Of a stretch of 64,000 nt of DNA, positions 49,571 through 59,333 are shown piece after piece. The notes below the pieces were generated by a model. It worked only from the letters and a program-made list of their open reading frames with translations, ran no database searches and was not told the origin of the DNA. The stretch is taken from positions 1 through 64,000 of the IMG/VR virus record IMGVR_UViG_3300035670_010691. One strand, 5' to 3'. A program made the translations under genes and the position numbers. Every line of letters starts with the position of its first letter. The stretch's first letter is position 1. Source of the DNA: a virus.

Positions 49571-51030
49571 AAGATAAGTTAGCTATTATAGTTCCTTATC
49601 GAGATAGAGAAAAACACTTAAATGTGTTTGTACCTCATATTCACAATTTTCTAAAAGACAAGGGAATTGACTATGATATTTTTATCGTTGAGCAAGCAGA
49701 CGATAGGCCATTTAATTATGGTAAGTTGTGTAATGCTGCAGTAAAAGAAGTGGGTGAAGAATATACTTACTTTGCATTTCACGATATTGATATGTTACCT
49801 ATAAGTGATGAATGTGATTATGGTTATCCTGATGTTCCAACTCACTTGGCAACAAACGTAGAAGCACATGATAACAAACTTCCATATCCACAATATTTTG
49901 GTGGAGTGGTTTTAATTAATCGTGAAGATTTTGAAAGAGCAAATGGATATTCAAATGAGTATTGGGGATATGGATTCCAGGATATAGATTTACTTTATAG
50001 ATTACAAAGAAGTGGTGCTTATCTTGAAAAATTTTATGATAAAAATAAAACTTATTCAAACTATGATGAACTTGATATTTTACCGTATAGAATAGAAAAA
50101 GTTGAAATATCAAGAAATAAATTATCACAGAAATTTAAAACAAATATTTTTAATAAAGAAAGTTTTTTATATGGAACACTTAACCCATTAACAAAAAAAC
50201 TTGTAGATGAATCTTTCACAATTTCATTTTGGTTTAATGACAGATTTGAAAGAAGTATTAATAAAAATTTATTTTGTTTTGAAGGATATGACACTGGATT
50301 GTTTTTAAATAATGGTAATCAAATAATAGGACAAATTTGGAACAATAATAACCAACATAATCAAGTTATTTTAAATTATTCAAGAAATGTATGGAATTAT
50401 GTTTTGTTTGAATATGATAAAGAAAATAATGAAATTAATTTAACCCTAAACAATAAAACAGCAAAAGAAAAATTATCTGATAATTTCAAACTTTTTGATT
50501 ATAAAGACAAACATATAAAAATATCTGATAAAAATTCTGATATAGAATTATCTGAAATATTTGTTTTTGATACTATTTTGACTGATGATGCTAAAAAACA
50601 ATTTTATTTTGAAGGTAATTCTTGTCTTAATAAATTAAAAACTCAGCATGGGGTAAGTCCAGTTTTACATTTTAATTATACTAAAACCTATTCAAAAAAT
50701 ATTCTTTTAGATAATGGGTTATTTTTAAATCATATTACTATACAAGGAAATACCGAAACTAATGAAAAAAATATAGAACTTACAGATATTGTATATCTTC
50801 CATTTAGAATTCATGGAAAATATAAATCACTTTCACATGGTAATGATAGAAATATTATTAATAATTATTATACCTATAATCCTGATATAAGTGAAAATGC
50901 CGATATTTTTTTTCATGAAGTATTACAAAATAAATTAGATTTAAAAAGTATTGGGTTATTGAATATAAAATACAAATTGTTAGACAAAATTAAAAGAAAT
51001 GAGTATGAACTTATTAGAATTGTTACATAA
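49567..51030 (+). CDS. GT7 (beta-1,4-galactosyltransferase-like) with LamG-like insert, paralogue 1 (degenerate acceptor motif)
   Basis: IIVPYRDR, PFNYGKLCN, FHDID, YFGGV, NGYSNEYWGYGFQDID; insert with FTISFW...WNYV. Confidence 0.85.
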   Translation: MKDKLAIIVPYRDREKHLNVFVPHIHNFLKDKGIDYDIFIVEQADDRPFNYGKLCNAAVKEVGEEYTYFAFHDIDMLPISDECDYGYPDVPTHLATNVEAHDNKLPYPQYFGGVVLINREDFERANGYSNEYWGYGFQDIDLLYRLQRSGAYLEKFYDKNKTYSNYDELDILPYRIEKVEISRNKLSQKFKTNIFNKESFLYGTLNPLTKKLVDESFTISFWFNDRFERSINKNLFCFEGYDTGLFLNNGNQIIGQIWNNNNQHNQVILNYSRNVWNYVLFEYDKENNEINLTLNNKTAKEKLSDNFKLFDYKDKHIKISDKNSDIELSEIFVFDTILTDDAKKQFYFEGNSCLNKLKTQHGVSPVLHFNYTKTYSKNILLDNGLFLNHITIQGNTETNEKNIELTDIVYLPFRIHGKYKSLSHGNDRNIINNYYTYNPDISENADIFFHEVLQNKLDLKSIGLLNIKYKLLDKIKRNEYELIRIVT

Positions 51031-51508
51031 TGAAAAAGTGGTAAAATCACTTGAAATAATAGACAATCAATTGAAAGATTTAACAGAAAAATCTGAAAAG
51101 GATAATGCTATATTTTTAAAAATTATTTTAATTGTGGAAACTTTGTTACAAAATTTAAATCATAAAAATTCACATATAGGTAAATATTTTAATAGATGGT
51201 ATGAAAAACAGCCATTAATAGATAATATTTCCGAAGAATTAAAAATGAAAGAAGTCAGAAAAAAAGATATTGAATATGAAATAGAAGAACTTCAATCAAG
51301 AATTGAAATTTTAAAATGGGAACCTGACAAAATTCAAAAAGAAATTGATGAAAAAAAATGGGAACCAATAAAATTGAAAGATTGGATTTCTGAAGCATCA
51401 TATCCAATAGATAAAAATAATATTGAAGGTTATATATTTGAAAAATTAAAAGAAGAACTTATTAACAATAAAAAACTAAACTACAACTATGGCAGAGAAG
51501 AAAACTGA
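50999..51508 (+). CDS. Hypothetical coiled-coil protein
   Basis: 169 aa ORF overlapping both neighbours. Confidence 0.55.
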   Translation: MSMNLLELLHNEKVVKSLEIIDNQLKDLTEKSEKDNAIFLKIILIVETLLQNLNHKNSHIGKYFNRWYEKQPLIDNISEELKMKEVRKKDIEYEIEELQSRIEILKWEPDKIQKEIDEKKWEPIKLKDWISEASYPIDKNNIEGYIFEKLKEELINNKKLNYNYGREEN

Positions 51509-51734
51509 TAATTTGGAAGAACGTGGAGTCAAGGCACTTGAGTCCATTGCAAAATCGTTACAAGATATAAACGATTGGGTATATGATTTAGATGCAGATA
51601 TGTGGCAAGAAAGATTGGAATGGTATCTAAATGAGTTTTACCAAATAGCAAAAGCAAAAACAGTAGGTTCAACAAACAGACCACCTCGAGATGCCGAGAG
51701 AACATCGGAACAAACGGACTCAAACGAAGAGTAA
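51489..51734 (+). CDS. Small hypothetical protein
   Basis: Protein-like helical sequence overlapping both neighbours. Confidence 0.65.
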   Translation: MAEKKTDNLEERGVKALESIAKSLQDINDWVYDLDADMWQERLEWYLNEFYQIAKAKTVGSTNRPPRDAERTSEQTDSNEE

Positions 51735-53139
51735 TCATAAACTCGGTATAATTGTTCCATATAGAGACAGACCCCAACAATTAAAAAGGTTTGTCAGTCA
51801 CATGGAAGATTATTTAAAAGAGTATGATTATCAGATTTTTGTCATCGAACAAGGTGATGATAAATCGTTTAATCGTGGAAAACTACTAAACGTGGGTTAT
51901 GAAATTGCATCCAAAAATGGGTGTGATTATTTCGTATTCCATGATGTGGATATGTTACCAGAAGATGTAGATTATTCTTATTCTGATAAACCACTTCATC
52001 TTGCAACTCACTTGCAAGAACACGATTATGAAACCACTTATTTTGATTATTTTGGTGGGGTTACTCTTTTTAATAGGGAAGATTTTGAAGCAATAAATGG
52101 GTACTCAAATGAGTATTGGGGGTGGGGTTTTGAAGATGATGACCTTTTAGTCAGATGTTATCAAACAAATTTACCACTTGATTCTGAAATACAAGAAATG
52201 GGAAATGTAAATGAAATTGAGATATTTAACTTTTCAGGAGACAATTCATTTATTAGAGTAACATCAAATGAAAATTCAACCTTAATGGAAGGTGATTTTA
52301 CTATTTCAGCATTAGTAAAGCCAACTAATATACAAATAAATCCTAATTCAGATTATGATGAATATCCAATTGTATCTATTCCTGGATATAATACAGGTTT
52401 ATTTTACAATTCGTTTCGTAGATTTTTTTGTCAGGTATATGATCAAGATAAAAAACCTTATTCTATAACAACTGATATTCTTGGTGAAAGATGGTCTTTA
52501 TTGACAATGGTGTATGAAAATCAAACTTTATCTTTATATCTAAATGCTGAGTTAGTCAATAGTGTTGAATTGGATAGCCCAATAATGAAACTTGATACTC
52601 GTAAGGTCTATGTTGGTACTTCAAGTGAAAGTGAATTTAAAAAATCATTTTTTAATGGAGTAATATCGGGTATTGAAATATACGATATTGCACTTATAAA
52701 AAGTGAAATAAAGTCTATTTATAATAACCCACTTAAAGTTAAAATTAGGAACTTTGAAGATTTTAGGTCAAGTGAATTTTTATACTCGCAGATTTTACCA
52801 AATTTGTGTAATAATGAGTTTGGAGTTGATGTTTCGGGTTTAAATAAAATAGAATTAGAAAATGTAAATATACAAAAAATAAATCAATCATTTTCAACTT
52901 ATTTACCAAAGCCATATAGACGAAATAGTAGATTTAAATCTTTAAAACATAAATCAAATTCATCAGAAGGAAACAGGTGGATACATAAAGAAACAAGACA
53001 AAATCAAATTAAGTATTATAACGAAGTCAGAAGAAATTTTATAGATTTTCATATCGATGGTATTAATACTTTACACTATGATTTATTAGAACAAGAAAAT
53101 ATAACAGACAAAACAACCAAAGTTACAGTAAATTTATGA
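51691..53139 (+). CDS. GT7 with LamG-like insert, paralogue 2
   Basis: IIVPYRDR, FNRGKLLN, FHDVD, YFGGV, YWGWGFEDDD; insert FTISALVKP...FNGVISGIEIYD. Confidence 0.88.
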   Translation: MPREHRNKRTQTKSNHKLGIIVPYRDRPQQLKRFVSHMEDYLKEYDYQIFVIEQGDDKSFNRGKLLNVGYEIASKNGCDYFVFHDVDMLPEDVDYSYSDKPLHLATHLQEHDYETTYFDYFGGVTLFNREDFEAINGYSNEYWGWGFEDDDLLVRCYQTNLPLDSEIQEMGNVNEIEIFNFSGDNSFIRVTSNENSTLMEGDFTISALVKPTNIQINPNSDYDEYPIVSIPGYNTGLFYNSFRRFFCQVYDQDKKPYSITTDILGERWSLLTMVYENQTLSLYLNAELVNSVELDSPIMKLDTRKVYVGTSSESEFKKSFFNGVISGIEIYDIALIKSEIKSIYNNPLKVKIRNFEDFRSSEFLYSQILPNLCNNEFGVDVSGLNKIELENVNIQKINQSFSTYLPKPYRRNSRFKSLKHKSNSSEGNRWIHKETRQNQIKYYNEVRRNFIDFHIDGINTLHYDLLEQENITDKTTKVTVNL

Positions 53140-54575
53140 AATTAGGAGTTTGTGTTCCATACAGAAATAGAGAAGCCCACTTAAAGGAATTCGTACCAAC
53201 AGTTGGTAAGTATTTAGAAAGTCAAGGAATTGATTACCAAATATATTTTGGCCATCAAGTTGATGATAAGTTGTTTAATCGTGGTGCAATGAAAAATGTT
53301 GCAGCAGAATGGGCGTTTAAAGAAGGATGTGATTACATTGTATGGCACGACATAGATATGATACCCGAAGAAGGGTGTGATTATTCTTTTCCTGAAAAAT
53401 ACCCCGTTCATATTGCCACTAACATTTCACAAATGAATTACCAATTGAAGTATGAAGAGTACTTTGGTGGTGCGGTCTTATTCTCAAAAGAACAAGTTGA
53501 GAAAACCAACGGGTATTCAAATGACTATTGGGATTGGGGTATGGAAGATGATGACCTTTTTTGGAGGTGTGTGTTAGAGGGATATGTTGATCAAAAATAT
53601 ATGAATTTTACCGATTTACCAAAAGATTATTTATCATTTGACGGGAAGGGTTCATTTGTCAGAATACCATGTACTCGTTCTATTCGTAATTTAACTTCAA
53701 GGTCTCACACAGTTTCCGTACTCGTTCGTGCTCATCAACAAGAGGAAAAAGTACCAATTTGGTTAGTTGGTGATACAGAAAGAAGATTTTGTGAATATCC
53801 TATTTTAAGGAGACCTGGATATGATTATGGTTTGAGTTATAATAATTCCCGTACCTATACATCTCAATTGTGGAATAATCAAAAAGACCATATCTATTCT
53901 TGGATGAAACGATATGAAAACCAATGGTCTTGGGTAACACTTGTTGTTGATGATAACAAAGTTCATTTTTATATGAATGGTAAAGAAAGTGATGCTCGTT
54001 GGGGAACAGGAACTCATTCACCCCAAGAGTTTGAAGGAATGTTAAAACGATATGGCAATGTTGATTACTATTTAGGAACAACAACTTCCGTTGCTGATAA
54101 TGATGTTTCAAAATGGTTTAAAGGTGATATAGCAGATGTTAAATTATATGACAGAGCACTTACCAAATCAGAAGTAGAAGATTTAGCATTATCACCAACA
54201 TCAGATGGGTTAGTTCTTCATTACAATTTTCAAAATGGAGAGGCGTATGATTTATCAGGTAACGAAAATGATGGTGAAGTTTTTGACTGTGAACATCACA
54301 GAGAAACTATACAAGTTCCATATACAACTCTTCCTCACCGAAGACCTGGTAGGTTAAGATGTCTTCCACATAAAGACGAAGGTTTAGTAGAAGAGGGCGG
54401 TGTTAAAAAATGGGCAAAAGGAGAAACCACCGCTCGTAATGAAAGAAGGTTCGTTCATCAAATGCAACAAGGTGAGTGGGATTACAAATCCGATGGAATT
54501 GCTCAATTAAAATATGAATTAGTGGATACCACTATAATTAATGATAGAGTAAAATTAATAAATGTAAAATTATGA
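53136..54575 (+). CDS. GT7 with LamG-like insert, paralogue 3
   Basis: VCVPYRNR, FNRGAMKN, WHDID, YFGGA, YWDWGMEDDD; insert FKGDIADVKLYDRALT...DLSGNEN. Confidence 0.88.
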   Translation: MKLGVCVPYRNREAHLKEFVPTVGKYLESQGIDYQIYFGHQVDDKLFNRGAMKNVAAEWAFKEGCDYIVWHDIDMIPEEGCDYSFPEKYPVHIATNISQMNYQLKYEEYFGGAVLFSKEQVEKTNGYSNDYWDWGMEDDDLFWRCVLEGYVDQKYMNFTDLPKDYLSFDGKGSFVRIPCTRSIRNLTSRSHTVSVLVRAHQQEEKVPIWLVGDTERRFCEYPILRRPGYDYGLSYNNSRTYTSQLWNNQKDHIYSWMKRYENQWSWVTLVVDDNKVHFYMNGKESDARWGTGTHSPQEFEGMLKRYGNVDYYLGTTTSVADNDVSKWFKGDIADVKLYDRALTKSEVEDLALSPTSDGLVLHYNFQNGEAYDLSGNENDGEVFDCEHHRETIQVPYTTLPHRRPGRLRCLPHKDEGLVEEGGVKKWAKGETTARNERRFVHQMQQGEWDYKSDGIAQLKYELVDTTIINDRVKLINVKL

Positions 54576-55993
54576 GTGAAGTAATTGGAAATAATTTCCA
54601 TAAAACAAAACAACAATTAGACTCAGTAGGATGTGGATTTTGTCTTGCAAAATGGACACAAGTTACGATGCATCTTCATAATGGAACTACCCATTCATGT
54701 CACCATCCTGCACCACATAAAATTGGACTTAAAGAAATTGAAAAAAATCACACAGCATTACATAATTCTAAACATAAGAAAAAAGTTAGAAAAGAAATGT
54801 TGGAGGGTGGTAGACCAGAAGAATGTAATTATTGTTGGAGAGTAGAAGATAGCTCAGAAGCTTATTCAGACCGAGTATTTAAATCAGAAGAACAATGGTC
54901 TAAACCTCACTTTGAAGAAATTAAAAATATTGATTGGAAAGAAGATTATTTACCAAAATATGTTGAGGTAAGTTTTGCAAACACTTGTAATTTTAAGTGT
55001 GCGTATTGTGGACCTGAATATTCATCAACTTGGGTAGAAGAAGTTAGAAATCATGGTGGATATCCAACGTCTCAAAATTTTAATTCATTAGACCCAATTG
55101 TAGAAAGAAATACACTTTCTATACCACAACGAGAACATAATCCATATATTGAGGCATTTTGGAAATGGTGGCCTCAGTTATACAAAAATATGGATACTTT
55201 TAGAATTACAGGTGGTGAGCCATTATTGTCAAAAGATACTTGGAAAGTATTAGATAATATTATTGAAACTGATGAACCAAATAAAAACTTAAAGTTTTCC
55301 ATTAATTCAAATTTAGGTGTGGATGATAAGTTGATTGAAAAACTTATTGAAAAACTTAAAATTATTGAAACCGAAGGTAGAGTAAAAGAAATGATTATTT
55401 ACACATCGGTTGATGCATATGGACAACAAGCTGACTATGTTAGATATGGTTTGGATTTTGAAAAACTTTTTAAAAATATTGATAGAATTTTATCGGAACT
55501 TCAAAAAGTAACAGTTGTTGTTATGTCAACATTTAATATTTTTAGTATTTTTTCTTATGAGAAATTGTTAAAAAAGGTATATGAATTTAAACTAAAACAT
55601 TTTAATACAGAGAGATATTGGAATTCTGCTTTAATTATAGATACTTCTTATTTAAGACATCCAGAATTTTTAAGTTTTAGATTATTAAAAGACTATTTAG
55701 ACGAAGAATACTTTGAAAGATGTATAAAATTCATGAAATTTCATTCTACTTATAGGTCTTTAAATTCGTTTCAACCTAAGCATATTTCAGATGTTGGATT
55801 TACTTTAAAAGAAATAGAAAAAGTATCAAGAATTAGAGATATTTTTGTTAAAGATAGTTTAATAGATGATACAAATTTTGATTTACAAAAGAAAGATTTT
55901 TTAAAATTTATAGAAGAGTATGAAGTAAGAAGACACTTAAAATGTCAAGATTATTTCCCTGAATTAACTAATTTCATAAATAATATAAAATGA
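54572..55993 (+). CDS. Radical SAM protein with N-terminal twitch-like Cys domain
   Basis: FCLAKW...SCHH...ECNYCW; CNFKCAYC (CxxxCxxC); ITGGEP. Confidence 0.88.
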   Translation: MSEVIGNNFHKTKQQLDSVGCGFCLAKWTQVTMHLHNGTTHSCHHPAPHKIGLKEIEKNHTALHNSKHKKKVRKEMLEGGRPEECNYCWRVEDSSEAYSDRVFKSEEQWSKPHFEEIKNIDWKEDYLPKYVEVSFANTCNFKCAYCGPEYSSTWVEEVRNHGGYPTSQNFNSLDPIVERNTLSIPQREHNPYIEAFWKWWPQLYKNMDTFRITGGEPLLSKDTWKVLDNIIETDEPNKNLKFSINSNLGVDDKLIEKLIEKLKIIETEGRVKEMIIYTSVDAYGQQADYVRYGLDFEKLFKNIDRILSELQKVTVVVMSTFNIFSIFSYEKLLKKVYEFKLKHFNTERYWNSALIIDTSYLRHPEFLSFRLLKDYLDEEYFERCIKFMKFHSTYRSLNSFQPKHISDVGFTLKEIEKVSRIRDIFVKDSLIDDTNFDLQKKDFLKFIEEYEVRRHLKCQDYFPELTNFINNIK

Positions 55994-56736
55994 ATATATT
56001 ATATAAACAACCGTATTGGATAAAATATAAATGGGATTTGTCATATCACGATGATAATCAATATGTTACTCCATTCAATAAAGAACAAAACTTGGAATTA
56101 AATAATTGTTTTCATCAAAAAAAATGGACATTGAATGTATTTTTTAAATTAATACCAAATTCATTTACTGATAAAATATTTTGTATCATAGGAAAGCCGG
56201 GCAAAAATATGGGAATCACATTTAATACTGAAAGTGAATCTCTTGCTTTTGAATTTTGGACGAAGGTTCCAAAAAAAGATGACCAATTTAATTGGGTTGG
56301 ATTTTATGGAATTACTAAAAGTGATTTAGAAAATTTGGATTTAGTCCTTTCAGTTGTTAGAGAAAATAATAAAATATTACTTTATAAAAATTATGATTTA
56401 ATAAACGAACAGGAATTTGAAGGTGAATTAATAGACGATTATAAGGAAGAAGGTATTATAATCGGGGCAGGTAATCCTGGTACATTTGTTGAAGAACACA
56501 GATATTTTGGTCAATTTGATATTAAGCACTTATCGTTTATTAAAAACAAAACAGATATTAATTTTGCACTTGAGACATTTACAACACCAGTTGAAAAACT
56601 GTTGAACAAATCTCATTATAACGATATTCTTTTCTTATTTGATTTTAAACATAAAAATAATTTTAACATCATTTTAGATGAATCAAAAAACAATAACTTT
56701 ATGGAAAAACTTCCACTTGAATTTTTAACTAATTAA
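55990..56736 (+). CDS. Stand-alone LamG/concanavalin-like domain protein
   Basis: WTLNVFFK, IIGKPGKNMGI (compare ILRRPGYDYGL and IVSIPGYNTGL in the GT7 inserts), ILDESKNNN. Confidence 0.55.
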   Translation: MNILYKQPYWIKYKWDLSYHDDNQYVTPFNKEQNLELNNCFHQKKWTLNVFFKLIPNSFTDKIFCIIGKPGKNMGITFNTESESLAFEFWTKVPKKDDQFNWVGFYGITKSDLENLDLVLSVVRENNKILLYKNYDLINEQEFEGELIDDYKEEGIIIGAGNPGTFVEEHRYFGQFDIKHLSFIKNKTDINFALETFTTPVEKLLNKSHYNDILFLFDFKHKNNFNIILDESKNNNFMEKLPLEFLTN

Positions 56737-56738
56737 TT

Positions 56739-58187
56739 ATGTCAGATACAAACGAATTACGAGATTGGCGAAACAAAAATCTTAACTCTATATCACCAAG
56801 CTTTTGTGCAGCTAAATGGTATAATGCTTCTTTACATTTGGGTCATGGATTTACCAACTCCTGTCACTTACCACTTCCCCATCCTGTTGATTTAGAGGAA
56901 ATTAAAACTAATCCGGGAGCACTTCATAATACGAAGTTAAAGAAAGAAGCACGTAAAATGATGTTGGATGGTAGAAGACCAGCTGAATGTTCTTATTGTT
57001 GGAAAGTGGAGGATATTGGTAGAGATCACATTGCAGATCGTGTTTATAAGTCACGTATTTACAAAGAAGAAGATATTTCTAAATTAAGAGATTTACCTTG
57101 GGATGTGGATGTGTTATTAAAAACAGTAGAGGTTTCATTCGATAGAACTTGTAATTTTGCTTGCTCATATTGCAATTCAGGTTATTCCACGACATGGGGT
57201 AAAGAAATCAAAAAATTTGGACCTTATCAAAAGTTTAAAACAGTATCCGCGGGCGCTTATTACGCTGACGGAAGTTGGGCTGATAAATTTGGAAAACAAA
57301 ATGATGATAATCCATATGTTCAAGCATTTATTAGATGGTGGCCAGATCTTGTAAAAGAATTAGAAGAAATTAGAATCACAGGTGGAGAACCAACCATGTC
57401 TCATAATTTTTGGAGTTTCTTGGATGTCGTTAAGAGATATCCATCCAACAAATTAAGACTTGCTGTTAATTCTAATTTAGGTGGTACTTTTGATAGAATA
57501 CAAAGACTAATTGACGCTACTCACGAATTACCAATTAAAGAATTTGATTTATATACGTCTAACGAATCTTTTGGTAAGCATGCCGAATATATTAGAGATG
57601 GTTTAATTTATCCCGAGTGGAGATCAAATATGGTTAAGTTTATTGAAAGAGCAGAATTTAGGTCACTAACCGTGATGATGACGATAAATTCTCTTTGTCT
57701 TTTCAGTATTACCGAATTTTTGGACGATATGATTACTCTAAAAGAAAAATATGGTCCAAACAGACCAAATGTCGATTTTAACATTTTAAGATGGCCAGCA
57801 TTCATGTCTCCACTCGTATTACCAAATTCTGTAAAAAATGACTTACACCGTAAGTTTAAAACTTGGTATGACGAAAGAAGAAAAAATGAATGGTTTGATG
57901 AATTGTTTTCAGTAGGTGAAAAGGCACAGATTGAAAGATTAATTGACTATATTGAAGTAGTTGAAACAGGTCACGTAACAACAGAAAGAGAAAATGAATT
58001 ACATTTTCATGACTTTAAATCATTTTATTCTCAATATGATGAAAGACGTGGTAAGAGTTTTGTTGAAACTTTTCCTGAATTAAAAGATTGGTATGAATCA
58101 ATTGAAGTTGATAAAACCATACCTGATGTTGAATTGAGAAGTGGTGAAATTACTCACTTTGAAGACGGTGAATATAATCCAAATTAA
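56739..58187 (+). CDS. Radical SAM protein with N-terminal twitch-like Cys domain, paralogue of 54572
   Basis: FCAAKW...SCHL...ECSYCW; CNFACSYC; ITGGEP. Confidence 0.88.
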   Translation: MSDTNELRDWRNKNLNSISPSFCAAKWYNASLHLGHGFTNSCHLPLPHPVDLEEIKTNPGALHNTKLKKEARKMMLDGRRPAECSYCWKVEDIGRDHIADRVYKSRIYKEEDISKLRDLPWDVDVLLKTVEVSFDRTCNFACSYCNSGYSTTWGKEIKKFGPYQKFKTVSAGAYYADGSWADKFGKQNDDNPYVQAFIRWWPDLVKELEEIRITGGEPTMSHNFWSFLDVVKRYPSNKLRLAVNSNLGGTFDRIQRLIDATHELPIKEFDLYTSNESFGKHAEYIRDGLIYPEWRSNMVKFIERAEFRSLTVMMTINSLCLFSITEFLDDMITLKEKYGPNRPNVDFNILRWPAFMSPLVLPNSVKNDLHRKFKTWYDERRKNEWFDELFSVGEKAQIERLIDYIEVVETGHVTTERENELHFHDFKSFYSQYDERRGKSFVETFPELKDWYESIEVDKTIPDVELRSGEITHFEDGEYNPN

Positions 58188-58190
58188 ATC

Positions 58191-59333
58191 ATGTATGGGT
58201 TAGATTATACATTAAGATGGCAAGAACCATTTGGTGGTTGGGGAAATCATAGTGACTTTTATAAAAGCAAATACCAAAAAATTTTAGATAATAACGATAC
58301 TGGGTTATGTAATAGAATTTTTCATTGGGAAATTGCATACGATTTAAATAAAAGACATGATTTCAAATACACAATTCTTTTACCATATCGGTTTTGGCCA
58401 GAAATAGAATTGATAAACTTACCTTATACAAAACCTGTTTTTTACGGAGAATACGAATTTGGTAGCAATTATATCGTTGAATATGAAAGTCTTAATTTTA
58501 AAACCGTCTTTGATATAGAAAGCGATGATGTATATAAAGCAACTCAAATTGATAGAGATTATATACAACAACTTTATTTAGATGAAACTAAAAAATTGAA
58601 AGATAATCACTATTATTCTGATTTTAGTTATTATAGTTTACGTGAATTGGTTGAACTAAAAAATCCACAATTTTTATACCATTTACCCGATGTTTCACTA
58701 AAATACAGACCCCTTTCGTCTATAAAATTAAAACATAAATTTATGGATGATGTTATAACAAATTTTACAAAAAACGCCATAGGATTTCATATTAGAAGAA
58801 ATAATGGAGTTAGTTTTAATGAAGATTCAATTTACAAAAACAATCCACAGTTAAAAAAAGAATTTTTGTCTATTAGAAAAACATCTCATATTCAAAATCC
58901 ATTATACCAATTCGTTGATGATGAAAAATATTTTAAAATAATTGATAAAATTTTAAAAATACTTCCTGATCATGATATTTTTATAAGCATGGATTTACCA
59001 AAACAATTTTTGGAACCTTATTATAAAAATTTTGGAAATATGATATTTTCAAGTCATGATATATTACCAGAAATAAAAAATTATTTATTAGAATCAAAAA
59101 TAAATGTTGAAAGATTAGAAAATTATGCAAATGCTATTTTAAATGTAACTGATTTATTTTGTTTATCTAATTGTAATTATTTAGTGTGTAGTTATCCATC
59201 AACTTATAGTGAATTTGCATATGAATATAAAAATACACCATATTCGAGTATAAAGTTGGAAGTAGATGATATTGTATCAGATTTTCTAAAACACAAAAAT
59301 GTTAAATTTAACAAAAATAAAAAATTATTTTAA
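58191..59333 (+). CDS. GT11/GT23-like (fucosyltransferase superfamily) protein
   Basis: GLCNRIF, GFHIRR, IFISMD, DLFCLS, STYSEFA. Confidence 0.6.
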   Translation: MYGLDYTLRWQEPFGGWGNHSDFYKSKYQKILDNNDTGLCNRIFHWEIAYDLNKRHDFKYTILLPYRFWPEIELINLPYTKPVFYGEYEFGSNYIVEYESLNFKTVFDIESDDVYKATQIDRDYIQQLYLDETKKLKDNHYYSDFSYYSLRELVELKNPQFLYHLPDVSLKYRPLSSIKLKHKFMDDVITNFTKNAIGFHIRRNNGVSFNEDSIYKNNPQLKKEFLSIRKTSHIQNPLYQFVDDEKYFKIIDKILKILPDHDIFISMDLPKQFLEPYYKNFGNMIFSSHDILPEIKNYLLESKINVERLENYANAILNVTDLFCLSNCNYLVCSYPSTYSEFAYEYKNTPYSSIKLEVDDIVSDFLKHKNVKFNKNKKLF

